From: Octopus sinensis
Lineage: Eukaryota
Direction of reading: 5' to 3'
Assembly (NCBI RefSeq): GCF_006345805.1
Contig: NC_042998.1
Span: forward strand, 28,086,001-28,150,000
DNA: 64,000 nt
A program made the position numbers and the translations under genes. Shown in pieces: positions 27,036-40,015 of this stretch (the first letter of the stretch is position 1; the number at the start of each line of letters is the position of its first letter). The notes below the pieces were generated by a model that ran no database searches, was not told the DNA's origin, and was given only the letters and a program-made list of their open reading frames with translations.

Positions 27036-29022
27036 GTATGTATATATACACATACACACACGCATACACACGCGCAGACACACGCAATCTCGCGCGCGCA
27101 CACACATACTCTCACACAAACACACACACACACACACAAATACACGTATATTACAATTATAAACAACGTTTTCTTGTTATGTTTACATGTTTAATAAATA
27201 CTCTGTAATTAAGATATGAAAATAGACGGCCATGATTTAATGACAAAGCCCTCAGCATTCTAGTATTAGAAATGGACTCGACTAATTGATTACTTTCGAC
27301 ATTAATTACATTGTTGTTAGGACTCAATTACTCACCCCTAGATGATGAGAAGTAATAGGAAACTGTAGTGCTGGAATGGTGTACACGTGATCAGGCTGGG
27401 TCTGATATTGCACAGAAGCGCATATTTCACCATCCGAAATAATCCAATGAAACAACAATACGATTATGTTGTCCGTGCATATTAATTAGCGATGTGGCCA
27501 TTCTGAATTAATTAATACGCAAAGCCAACGTATTTATTCATAAACAGATTCTATTGGTATCATAATAACAATGGAATGCGATTCTGCAGCTGCAGCCGCG
27601 TGTTGCTGCTACTATAAATATGAAGCAATATGTTGTCCTTGGCAGTTGTGTTAGCAGAAGTATCGCTTTAGTGAATTGAAATTTGCCTTTAAATTGACTT
27701 GTTTCTTGGTATATGATTGCTGTAATTAATTCAATAACATTTTCTCTCATTGGTATATGAACTACCACTTGAAAAAGTCAGCATGGAGACAACAACGTCA
27801 TCGGCTTATTGAGACAGTTAGTAGTAGAATTATCTTGTTGCGGAAGATATGGACGGTTTTCGTATTATCATAGCAAATTTCATCTTCCCAGAAGAATTCA
27901 CAAGTGTTTCTCAGTGTACAAACAAAGTCGGTGCCGTGGATTTTGTTAAAAGAATTTTTAGCGAAAAATATGCTATCCACCAGCAAATGATTGACCACGG
28001 AGTCTGTTGATGAATATGTAAGATCTCTTCTGAAACATAGCTTTGACTGAAAATTTCATAAGTGTTGTAGTTAATGTGTACAGAGACAAAGATATTCGTG
28101 ACATATTCGAAAGAAGGATGTCATCTTCTAGGAATGAATTTCGAATATAAACCTCATAATCTAGCTGAAGTGGGTACAGACGACATTCCGAAAAATGAAA
28201 CCAATGAAACCTCTTGTGTAGTTAACCCTCGTCAAAAGTATTATATTTGCGGGATTTTCTCATGATAGGATCGTCACAAATTTGCTTTTACTTCAAATAA
28301 ATGTAAAGAAAAACTAAGTGCGAGACACTTTTCAAAGATGTTTTGGATCCTCAAAACAGCAACGAGCTTCCCTGTTCCCTGTACGGAGCTTCCCCCTTTT
28401 TCATTGACTTGAGCTTTTTAAAAACTCTTTTAAGCCAACTCGTTGAGGCGGACCTAAAATTTTAATCTCAGAATCAGTTATGCATAATCTAAATTTGTAA
28501 ACTAAAATCTATAATTTTGCTAAACCAATCAACGAAAAGCATAATACCGCCCATAATCTTCGCATGTTACCTCGTATTCACTGACGTTTGCTTAGGTGTT
28601 ATTGTTTTAGGGCAAACACGTATTAAAATTAAATTTCGTAGTTCACAATAGGATTTAGGCGTCTGGTATCTAACTCGCAAAAATTAACCATGGAAGTTTC
28701 CTCTAATCTATCACCACATATTTATTACACCTGTAATTACAGAATTCCGAACGTTCAACTCAGCAGGTGACGTGTTTATTTGAAAATAGGCGACAGATAT
28801 AATCGAGCCAAGTGTCTCATTATGGTGAACACAAGTGCGTGCTAGCATTTACAACAAAAGTATATAAGAAATCAATTATTTCGAAACTACGCATCAATTT
28901 TCCGCAAAACTTGCCCATGCTGCTTGACTAAGAACACTGAGTTAACAAAATAATGTATCACAAGTAAGTAGTACGATCTATTCTCGGCGGGTAACACAGT
29001 TGCATTACTTTTCGATAATATC

Positions 29023-29589
29023 TTGGGTTGTCCGGAAAGTTCATGGCCGACTTTTAAAGGAAAGAAAAAGGTAAACAAATACTTGCCATTACATTTTTAA
29101 TCAACCAAATATGGAATATTTTGTTGCACAATGCATCTCCATCTTTCCTTTAACTTAAAAATACCCTCTTCCCTGAATTGAGGTAGTTTTATGGCAAATA
29201 ATTCATCAAGGTATCTTTTTACGTCATCCAAGGAATTGAAATTTTTACCATTAAGACTATTCTGCAGAGACCTGAATAAGTGGAAATCCGAAGGAGCAAT
29301 ATCTGGTGAATATGGAGGGTGGGATAACACATCCCAGCCGAGCTGCAGCAATGTTTGTCTGGTTCCCAAAGCATCAAGTGCCAAAAATGAACTTTCTTAT
29401 CTTCCATTTTGAAGGGTTACAGAATTAACACAGGTTATAGGAACATAAATCTTCTTCCACGAAAAGATAGCTTAAACTTTGCTCTAAATGGAGGTGTAGT
29501 CAAATCCTATTTTATAGACTCAACAATGTTCTAAAATAAGTCGAAATATAAGCTACTATAAATCGGCACGCACTTTCCGGACAACCCAA
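29023..29589 (-). mobile_element. Internally deleted mariner element with both TIRs
   Basis: TIRs TTGGGTTGTCCGGAAAGT.. and ..ACTTTCCGGACAACCCAA; N-terminal MEDKKVHF.HLML fused to C-terminal LGWDVLSHPPYSPDIAPSDFHLFRSLQN..FKLKERW. Confidence 0.95.
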
Positions 29590-30055
29590 TAATTATTGTT
29601 GAGTGACAATTGTTTCTGTTTCTTCATTTTGGTTTTCACAAATGGCGTTGCGTTTTTCCAATTAATTACAGACAATATTATATTTGAAAATGATACCCCA
29701 TTTGCTACCTGGGAAGGAGTTGTGAGGGAGCTAAGAGCACTACACCATTGATCCACGAATCTCAACTCTTCGAATCAAACCCCCGAACATGTTCACATGA
29801 ATCTTCCTCCACAAAATGGCGTAGCAATTAAGGAGTCTTTGCCATCAAGAGACATCTCATCAAGGGCAGTAAGAGTACTCCAACTGAATGTATCACTTAG
29901 TTTCGAATAACCTGACTTCTGTCAAATCCGATCAAAGAGCTACAGAATATGCGTCACCCGATCTGCTTTCAAAAGAAAATCAACTAAAAGGTACTTTATG
30001 CTCAAAGATATTTCCATGCATTATTCTAATAATTTACTCACTTGATCAGTGATGT

Positions 30056-30291
30056 GGAGGCGCGTGGCTTAGTGATTAGGGTGTTGAACCCATGATCGTA
30101 AGGTTGTGGTTTCGATTCCTGAACCAGGCGATGTGTTATGTTCTTGAGCAAAACACTTCATTTTCACGTTGCTCCAGTCTACACGTAATCCTGCGACGGA
30201 CCGGAGTCCCGTCCAGCTGGGGGAATTTCTATGCCACTGAAACCGGGAAACCGGCCCCTATGAGCCTGGCATGGCTCGAGAAGGAACATTT
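30056..30291 (+). mobile_element. SINE family C, tail type 2
   Basis: Same head and domain as 21408; GCTCGAGAAGGAAC end. Confidence 0.9.
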
Positions 30292-30591
30292 ATATCAGTC
30301 ATAGTGTCCTAGTAAAATTGTACAAATGTGATTTTGACGTTTTTCTGAAGGAAGAATATAATAGTTTCATGCTGTTATAATACGAATAAATATAGTTGAA
30401 CGTCGAAAGGATATTGCAGCCTTTCTCTACTGTGATTCCTACTTATTGTAGCCGCTGCCGCTTATGGCATAAAACCTTTGTAAAGTACTATATGCTGACA
30501 GTTTTAGTCATACGATATTTCAGCGAATTAAATCCTGCTCTTAAATCGACCTGCCTCAGGTATTTCTTATTCCGTCTATCACTCCTTTGCT

Positions 30592-31007
30592 CCTACCTAC
30601 CTACCTACCTACCTACCTACCTACTTACCTACCTACCTACCTACCTACCTACCTGCCTACCTACCTACCTACCTACCTACCTACCTACCTACCTACCTAC
30701 CTACCTGCCTACCTACCTACCTACCTACCTACCTACCTACCTACCTACCTACCTACCTACCTACCTACCTACCTACCTACCTACCTACCTACCTACCTAC
30801 CTAGCTACCTGCCTACCTACCTACCTACTACCTACCTACCTACCTACCTACCTACCTACCTACTACCTACCTACCTACCTACCTACCTACCTACCTACCT
30901 ACCTACCTACCTACCTACCTACCTACCTACCTATATATCTACCGACCGACCGACCTACCGACTTACCTACCTACATACATACATACATACATACATACAT
31001 ACATACA

Positions 31008-31036
<29 letters not shown>
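30592..31036. repeat. (CCTA)n then (CATA)n compound microsatellite
   Basis: Directly visible; source of the PTYL ORFs. Confidence 0.97.
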
Positions 31037-31039
<3 letters not shown>

Positions 31040-31560
31040 AAATGCATACAAAGATTCTTGATTTAGTGAAATCTTCTCTTGTAGCCATGACAGAAGAGCA
31101 GGTTGGTGGCAACCGGGCCAATTTCAAATAAGGGAAGATACTGTCGAGAAGCAACACTACATACATAAAACACACACACACACACACACATATATGTACA
31201 TGCACAGAAGTACACATGTACATGCATATATGTCTGCGAGTATGTGTTTCTGTATGTGCATGTATATTATTTATGAATTGCACATTCATAACTCATGTTT
31301 TATTAATGCCTAAGCCATTTCATTCAGTCAGAAAGTCGATATCGCATTTGTAGTGTGATATTTTCCGTCTTACTGTGCTTTTTTTTTTATCCATCTGTGT
31401 ACATCTGCCGAAATGTGTGTAGTATGTGTCTGTGAGAATATTTCTTTTACTGTTTAGTGAACAGATAATAGTGCAACCAGCGCTTAACTTATCAGCTGGT
31501 GGTTATTGCATTTCAAAATTATGTAGCGGCTGAACTACACACACACAGACACACACACAC

Positions 31561-31605
<45 letters not shown>

Positions 31606-31720
31606 ACACACACACACACACATATATATATATACATATATATATATATGTATGCATATATATATATATATGTATGTATGCATATATATATATATATATT
31701 ATATATATATATATAGATAG

Positions 31721-31779
<59 letters not shown>

Positions 31780-32460
31780 TATAGATATAGGTGTGTGTGT
31801 GTGTGTATGATATAATGAAAATGAATAAGATTATCGAAGTATAAATATCTGCGGTTAAATTTAGAACAGAGGAGAATATTTAGCATTTTCGCTTATAAGA
31901 AAATTACTCCTGCTATGCTGTTGCATTACTATTGTTATAGGATGGCAAATTTTGATATCCGTTGACGTTGATTTCGTTTGTAAGACGTTGTATTCCTTGT
32001 GTAAAGTTCTTAGTTTATCGAGTCATTATGCCGTCTCCTGTGCTTGTTGCAACACGGAAAATAATAGCAATTAACTAATATTGGTATTTCTTCAGAGTAT
32101 AATTATTTAAATTTAGCTATGATGTTAACTGTATTAAATGTGTTAACACTAACTTAAGTGAGGTTTTTAAATGAATGGGTGCAGTATAAATTGGTAACTC
32201 TAAATATTTGGCTTTTCAACGCTATCATGTTTGAATTCCGAACGACGGCTGTAGTGATTTACATTCAACACGTTATAAATTGCAGAAATGAGCCACTAGA
32301 AAGTTTGGAGTGAATTATACGATCTGGTATTCATAATAATGGCGTACACGGATGCGACATTGAAACATTTATTGGAAGCTCTACTTTAATTAGAAGTACT
32401 TAAATATTTCAAATCATCAACTCGTTGAAGGGTCGAAATAATTACTATATTAACATTTAA

Positions 32461-32521
<61 letters not shown>

Positions 32522-32545
32522 GTAATAGTAATAACAATAATAATA

Positions 32546-32588
<43 letters not shown>

Positions 32589-32656
32589 TAATAATAATAA
32601 TGATGATAATAATAATAAAAATAAAAATAATATTAATAACAATAATAATAATGATG

Positions 32657-32702
<46 letters not shown>

Positions 32703-32719
32703 TAATAATAATGATGATG

Positions 32720-32753
<34 letters not shown>
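32461..32753. repeat. (AAT)n microsatellite
   Basis: Directly visible. Confidence 0.97.
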
Positions 32754-32755
<2 letters not shown>

Positions 32756-33235
32756 TGAATGCTTCCCATGAGTTACTCTTTAGAAACAAAATATAAACAT
32801 TATTTTAGTTAATTAATAATTACGTATAATCAATATTTGTTCCTAAAACATTTCATTTTAATTTAGAAAGTAATATTAATTAATATTGAACGTTCAGTTA
32901 ATGTTTGATATTTACGATACCTTTCTTTTTTTCTACAGAACGGAAGATTGTTAATGAACATTTGAGTGACAATATTAAAACTTATTTCATTCATTTTCCC
33001 CCATTTTAGTGAGATTAATTTTCTTTTTTTTATGTTCAATTCATAAATGACTTGCATTTTCTTTTGACTCGTCTTTGTATGTATTCCATAAGAAAACCTA
33101 AAATTACCGTTATGGGTTCTCCATGAAAGTTCGTTTTTCACAAAACCCAAGAACAACTCATGTAATTGAGGTGGAGATACAATTTAATGTAACCAGTGCG
33201 TTGGTAGCTCACATTAAACTAAATATATTGACCAT

Positions 33236-33397
33236 GGCGTAGGAGTGGCTGTGTGGTAAGTAGCTTGCTTACAACCCACATAGTTCCGGGTTCAGTCCCA
33301 CGGCGTGGCACCTTGGGCAAGTCTCTTCTACTATAGCCTCGGGCCTCCCAAAGCCTTCTGAGTGGATTTGGTAGGCGGAAACTGAAAGAAGCCCGTC

Positions 33398-33451
<54 letters not shown>

Positions 33452-33665
33452 ATATGTTTGTGTATCTGTGTTTGTCCCCCCAACATCGCTTGATAACCGA
33501 TGCTGGTGTGTTTATGTCCCCGTATTTTAGCGGTTCTGCAAAAGAGACCGATAGAATAAGTACTAGGCTTACAAAGAATAAGTCCTGGGGTCGATTTGCT
33601 CGACTAAAGGCGGTGCTTCAGCATGGCCACAGTCAAATGACTGAAAGAATTAAAAGAGTAAAGAG
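33236..33665 (+). mobile_element. SINE family B, full length
   Basis: GGCGTAGGAGTGGCTGTGTGGTAAG..CCTTGGGCAAG..AAAAGAGTAAAGAG. Confidence 0.95.
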
Positions 33666-34013
33666 CATGAAACTATGAAAGGAAATAATGATTTCGTTGA
33701 GATTTGAAATGTGACTCTAAATGTATAGAGCTGCAAGAAGCGTGTCACTAACACACACACACACATACAAATACACACACATACACACATCGTCACTTAA
33801 GAATCCATGAGTCCTGTTTCTATCAGAAACAGGTATTCGTATATTTGTCAATGAAGTGGGTCTATTAATATTAATACAACGTAATTTTACAGTCTAGTTT
33901 CAGCCGACTTTACCGGTCAGTTTTGCACATGAGCGTTAGGGAAAAAAAACTTACCCAGGCGCTTATCAGAAGGGTTCCGCTGAGATGGGACTACCAAACA
34001 CTATTACATAAGT

Positions 34014-34228
34014 ATTGGTTTCAAATTTTGGCACAAGACTAACAAGTTCAAGAAAGGGATTAAATCGATTACACCGACCCCAGTGATCGATTGGTACTTA
34101 TTTTATCGATCCCGAAAACATAAAAGGCAAAGTCGACCTCGACAGAAATTGAAATCACAGCGTAAAGACGGACGAAATGCCGCTAAGCAATTGGTCCATC
34201 CTGCTAACGATTCTACTCGCTCACCGCC
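34014..34228 (-). mobile_element. SINE family A (diverged)
   Basis: AAAGGCAAAGTCGACCTCG core, TTTTGGCACAAG tail type. Confidence 0.85.
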
Positions 34229-34621
34229 AAAACATTGTATGAATATTAATATACATGGGTGTATATATGCGTGTATGTGTGTATATATTTATGCATTGTA
34301 AAAAAATTATTTCAAATAACAGCGAGCCAGTGCTTAGAACGCCATGTAAATCCATGTATATTCAAATTCCAATCGAGTATTAACTCTCTCCTTCGATTTC
34401 CTTTTGATATTATATACATTTGACTAAGTTACCGCATATTAATCCGAGAGTAAAAGAGAAAATTAAGCTTACACTAATACGTTTCACTATTATGTTCTGC
34501 GGTTATTCTCATGTAGATAATCACAAAGGTAGGAATCTAACTCATTTTGAATCTCACCCATTTAGGGATAAATTGATGAATAGAGTAAATAAAGAGTTTA
34601 TGTAATTTGTTGTGTGTCTTC

Positions 34622-34837
34622 AAGCGGCGAGCTGGCAGTAACGTTAGCACGCCTGGCGGAAATGCTTAGCAGTATTTCGTCTGTCTTTACGTTCTGAGTT
34701 CAAATTCCGCCGAGGTCGACTTTGCCTTTCATCCTTCGGGGTCGATAAATTAAGTACCAGTTGCGTACTGGGGTCGATCTAATTGCTGGCCCACTCCTCT
34801 AAAATTTCGAGTCTTGTGACTAGAGTGGAAAAGAATT
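34622..34837 (+). mobile_element. SINE family A monomer with about 10-bp TSD
   Basis: TGTGTGTCTT at 34611-34620 and 34838-34847. Confidence 0.9.
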
Positions 34838-34889
34838 TGTGTGTCTTATTTTTATTATACTTTTTTAATTTCCTGGCGTTAGAGTATTC

Positions 34890-35119
34890 CATACGATCTG
34901 TAAGATTTGGTGTGGTAGAGTGAGAGAGTTTAACCGTATGTGTTAAAAATGCAGTAATAATTGTAGTTTGGAGGATAGTTCTTACTTAGTATATTACAGA
35001 TCGTATTTCATACGATCTGTAAGATTTGGTGTGGTAGAGTGAGAGAGTTTAACCGTATGTGTTAAAAATGCAGTAATAATTGTAGTTTGGAGGATAGTTC
35101 TTACTTAGTATATTACAGA
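34890..35119. repeat. Exact tandem duplication (111-bp unit, 119-bp period)
   Basis: CATACGATCTG...TATTACAGA at 34890-35000 and 35009-35119. Confidence 0.95.
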
Positions 35120-35286
35120 AAACTTTAGGTACATTTGCCGTAGCAACGCTTGTATATAATGCATGAAATCAAATTTACTCATTTTTATATTTCTAAGTTT
35201 TCGTGTGTGGTATTAATTTTTATCGTAGTTATATCATAATTACCCTTTGAGATTTTTAAGTGATGTAATTGCCAGCATATTCGACT

Positions 35287-35538
35287 TTAGATATATATAG
35301 GAATGAATGATGAACAAAAAGCAGCTATGTCGCATTCTTTTGGATTTGCATCACGTATTGCTCGTCTTAAGTGGAATTTGATTTTTGCTTTGCGTTCGGG
35401 GTCATAGCCATACAAGGACGATTTAAAAAAGTTTCCAAAAATTTTGTTGTCTTCGACACAATCAAAGACATCCTGCTCAGCCGAAACACGATCATCTTGA
35501 GACGGCCTCACTCTGCCTACATACTCTACTTCAAGGCA
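35287..35538 (-). CDS. Candidate terminal coding exon with a BESS-like motif (MADF-BESS-type protein?)
   Basis: Open frame CLEVEYVGRVRPSQDDRVSAEQDVFDCVEDNKIFGNFFKSSLYGYDPERKAKIKFHLRRAIRDANPKECDIAAFCSSFIPIYI*, preceded by a T-rich tract and TAACAG; non-repetitive composition. The domain call is pattern recognition only. Confidence 0.45.
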   Translation of the reverse strand, partial: CLEVEYVGRVRPSQDDRVSAEQDVFDCVEDNKIFGNFFKSSLYGYDPERKAKIKFHLRRAIRDANPKECDIAAFCSSFIPIYI

Positions 35539-35649
35539 CTGTTATAACCAACATAAGTGAGCGAGAAACATTATAAACTTGAAGTGCATGCGCCACAGAG
35601 TTCAAGGTCAATCTGTGCCAAGCTGTTTTATTCTGCGTACTTTAACTCC

Positions 35650-35663
35650 GTTACGATAGCAAC
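35650..35663. promoter_or_regulatory. X-box-like motif (one mismatch)
   Basis: GTTACGATAGCAAC versus GTTRCCATRGYAAC. Confidence 0.3.
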
Positions 35664-36100
35664 AGACCTATTTTTTGATCACAGTACATTTAAATGTATG
35701 ATAGACATATATAGATATATACAAACGTGCATGTGTGTGTATGTATGTATCTATGTGCGTATGGATGTATATATATATATATATGAATATATATATATAC
35801 GTATATACATATATATATATACACTCATATATATATACATATGTCTATAATATATATACATATATACATATATACACATATACGTATAGGTATACATACA
35901 TTTATATATATATATACATATATGCATATATGTGTAGGTATATATATTTGTATATATATATATATATACACATATTTGTAGGTATATATACATTTATATA
36001 TATATATACATATATGCATATATGTGTAAATATATATATTTGTATATATATATACATATGCACATATTTGTAGGTATATATATATATATATATTTATATA

Positions 36101-36285
36101 TGACGTTTGGAAGTTAGTGGACCAAAAGGATGACACCACATTGATGTAGTTCTACCTTTCAATTCATTTCCTCCAAGACACAGTATAAATACCGTCGTAA
36201 TTCTTCCTCATTATTTTCCTAATCACAATAATTCTACGAAATTCCATTCGTCACACTGACAAGCAGGAAGTCAGTAGTCGACAGA
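36101..36285 (+). repeat. 185-bp direct duplication, copy 1
   Basis: Matches 37669-37853 with one visible mismatch (CCTCCAAG versus CCTACAAG). Confidence 0.95.
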
Positions 36286-37621
36286 TGCTACTTAGTGAGC
36301 ACCATTAACTATGATGCAAGGTTTAGTAATTTAATGAGCAGGAAGGATGGTATTTAATGACACAGGAAGGATAGTATCTTCGATGAACAAACCTCTAAGT
36401 AGCCAACATCGCACCGAATGTTTGGAATTCTATATAGATCCATAGATGCCATGGCATGACAATTTTTATGGATTAATGACAGTGTGAAATATAGCTCATC
36501 ATGCGAATTTGTAATGTTTCAGCTCACTTTAGACCGTTGTTGGAGAGAACGACCTTCATAGTGTAATTTGTATGTATTCTAGTAGATAACGCCTTTTCGT
36601 ACACCTGAGGAGGAGGTAACTCATTTCCCTACCATATAACGACTGTCAGTGGAAACGAGATAAGAAATCTCTTACACGTATCACTGACAACAAGCAAGAA
36701 CATATAAAGGGTTAAAGAAACTGATCACGGAAAATATCCTATAAAGATAAAATCGGTTGCTACCAAAAGACAGATAAAAAGAAGCGAAAGGCGTTTAATT
36801 ATGTAAGGTTACCGCTTACATCTACTCCCCCAATGCTTGCCTTCATCTTGCTGACTTCGATATCATAAGTCTCGCGGCTTCTCAGTTTAAGATCAAAGCT
36901 CTTTCTAGTTTCCAGCTAGCATTTAATGTTCCTGGTATAATTCATAATTATCCATACATCAGTTTTGATAATAACACGACACTCGATATATTCGATAGCG
37001 CACTGCCCTGGAAAGCCTTAATGTTCATTTCCCACTACAACATCCTATGAATAATAATAGTCTCAAAATTTTAGAAGCGAACGTTAAATATATTAAGCAG
37101 ATGCATGAGATTCGCACACATGCGCATTCACAAATTTGCGCTCAAATGCATTTGCAATCTCTCTCTCTGGCGCACACAAACTATCTAGTTACATGTCTTC
37201 CATGCATAAATTTTTCCTTTTATTTTCTCTCTCTCTCTCGCTCTCCCTCTCATTCTGTGTATATATATATATATGTAGTAGTCAAACGAATTTTGACAGT
37301 CCGATTTCACATTAAATTTTTGTATTCTTGCATGTTTACGAACATCTTCATATATACCTAATGACAGCGTAAAGTTTCTTTATAATGAAGCGGAATTTGA
37401 ACGGAGTGCAATTAACAGATTTCAGAGCATTGATGTACGAGTAGATTCAAAGGGAAACAACTTTTAAATTACTTCCAATTTTACAACAGTTTTAGGATGA
37501 ACTTTGTTTTGAAATAAAATATAATTCATATTAAAACTATTATATTCTTTTTAGAATGGGTTCACAATTTCTTTTTTACTCTTCTTGTTTAACAAATTTC
37601 ATGCTTTATCACAATTCTCAA

Positions 37622-37668
<47 letters not shown>

Positions 37669-37671
<3 letters not shown>

Positions 37672-37853
37672 CGTTTGGAAGTTAGTGGACCAAAAGGATG
37701 ACACCACATTGATGTAGTTCTACCTTTCAATTCATTTCCTACAAGACACAGTATAAATACCGTCGTAATTCTTCCTCATTATTTTCCTAATCACAATAAT
37801 TCTACGAAATTCCATTCGTCACACTGACAAGCAGGAAGTCAGTAGTCGACAGA
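37669..37853 (+). repeat. 185-bp direct duplication, copy 2
   Basis: See copy 1; ends at the start of the long inverted repeat arm. Confidence 0.95.
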
Positions 37854-38477
37854 AGAACCAAGAATAATTATCCAGTTAACAGTGTAATCCAGTGAGTATA
37901 ATCTGAAAATGGTTATCAATATAATCATAGTATTCGAGTAAAGTAAAATTAAGAACTCAAATCAATATAAACATCATTATTTGTATTATCGTCAATTCAG
38001 AGCGGGTTTGGTGTTCGCAATAAAATCCTATATCTTGATCTTCCTCTAACTTCACTTGAGCTGTAAAGTTTGTAAAATGGAAATAAAAGCATTTTATTAC
38101 AGCATATTTCTAAATGATATCTTACTCGGGCTTCATGGCCGTTAGGATCGCAAATGTTTTAACAATGCACTCGCGGATGTTTTGATAATGAATTACCGGT
38201 TTCGTCAATATATATTTCTTCATGATACGTGCTTTTGAAGCAGCAAATCAAATTTCGGCTTTCATAGTTCGGAAATTCTCTTCTTCCGGTTTTTATCTTA
38301 ATATACAGACCGGTATGCATTAATTACCATGTAATTTCATTGGGATATTTAAATATCATATCAATGCTGTTGGTCAAACTTTGCCTTTGGTTACAATTGC
38401 TTCAAGCCTTTTTTCTTGTCTTTGCCTTTGAGCAAGTGTTCGATCGGTAATTAAATCTTTACTTTGTTACTTTGTAT

Positions 38478-39079
38478 GTTTATTTCCTTATTGCCCACAG
38501 GGGACTAAACGTAGAGGGGACAAACAAGGATAGACAAAGGGATTAAGTCGATTATATCGACCCGAGCACGTAACTGGTACTTAATTTATCGACCCCGAAA
38601 GGATGAAAAGCAAAGTCGACCTCGGCGGAATTTGAACTCAGAACGTAGCAGCAGACGAAATACCTATTTCTTTTCTACCCACAAGGGGCTAAACACAGAG
38701 AGAACAAACAAGGACAGACAAGCGAATTAAATCGATTATATCGACCCCAGTGCGTAACTGGTGCTTATTTAATCGACCCCGAAAGGATGAAAGGCAAAGT
38801 CGACCTCGACGGAATTCGAACTCATAACGTAGCGGCAGATGAAATACCTATTTCTTTACTACCCACAAGGGGCTAAACACAGAGGGGACGAACAAGGACA
38901 GACATAGGTTTTAAGTCGATTACATTGACTCCAGTGCGTAACTGGTACTTAATTTATCGACCCCGAAAGGATGAAAGGCAAAGTCGACCTCGGCGGAATT
39001 TGAACTCACAACGTAACGACAGACGAAATACGGTTACGCATTTTGCCCGGCGTGCTAACGTTTCTACCAGCTTGCCGCC
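38478..39079 (-). mobile_element. SINE family A internal trimer with 14-bp TSD
   Basis: Three cores, one head; TTGTTACTTTGTAT at 38464-38477 and 39080-39093. Confidence 0.95.
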
Positions 39080-40015
39080 TTGTTACTTTGTATATTTACA
39101 GGCAAGTTTGATTTTGCGACATAAAAAATAGAGACATGCACTGAATGTTACTATACCAAATATGTTATTCCGCTCTTGTGATCGTCTTTTTCAGGTTCTA
39201 TAGGTATTTGTTTTACACGCTTCACATTTGTTTTGCATGCTGTGTTTGTTTTGCACGTTCTGTGCCATTTATTACACGTAAGCGTGAATATGTTTGTTTG
39301 AGTAGAAAGTTATTTTGCTGGGAAATTATTTCTCCCCGGCGTCTACATCATCTACAACATCACATATCATTCAAATTCTGTTTATTCTAAAACCAGTTTC
39401 ATAGCTTTCTTGTCTTTGGTAAATATTTTGTTTTGAGAGTGACATTGTTTTTGCATAAACTGGAACAAACATGCCTCTAATTTATAGATAATTTTCTCAT
39501 TGAGAAAGAATATGTATTCTGAAAGTTATGTCTTGAAACCCCTCAAAAAATCTATGGTGAATCTATTAGGGAACCCGCTCTATGTTTTCCGATCTAATAT
39601 TTCATTGCCGTTGTTTTTTAATCGCGTGCTGTATTGTGTTGCGATTTACTCTATTAAAATTAACAACGCGTTTGGTTCTATTATTTTCAGTGATGAAATT
39701 CCAAACTACTGCTTCCCTATCGGTTTAGTCTAAAGTGACGCTTCACGTGGGGGTTCTATTTAGAAATATGTTAATAAATTAGCGATCCTAACAGCCATGA
39801 AGCCCGAGTAAGATATCATTTAGAAATATGCTGTAATAAAATGCTTTTATTTCCATTTTGAAAATTTTACAGCTCAAGTGAAGTTAGATGAAGATCAAGA
39901 TATAGGTTTTTATTGCAAACACCAAACCCGCTCTGAATTGACAATAATACAAATAATGATGTTAATATTGATTTGAGTTCTTAATTTTACTTTACTCGAA
40001 AACTATGACAATATT

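Noticed and set aside
27798-27998. FWEDE as a Tc1 catalytic motif
   Set aside because: The surrounding residues do not fit the Tc1/mariner pattern and no TIRs were seen.
38478-39079. CRISPR-like array
   Set aside because: Eukaryotic context; the units are about 184-bp SINE bodies without unique spacers. The 29-bp minisatellite at 50021 also lacks spacers.
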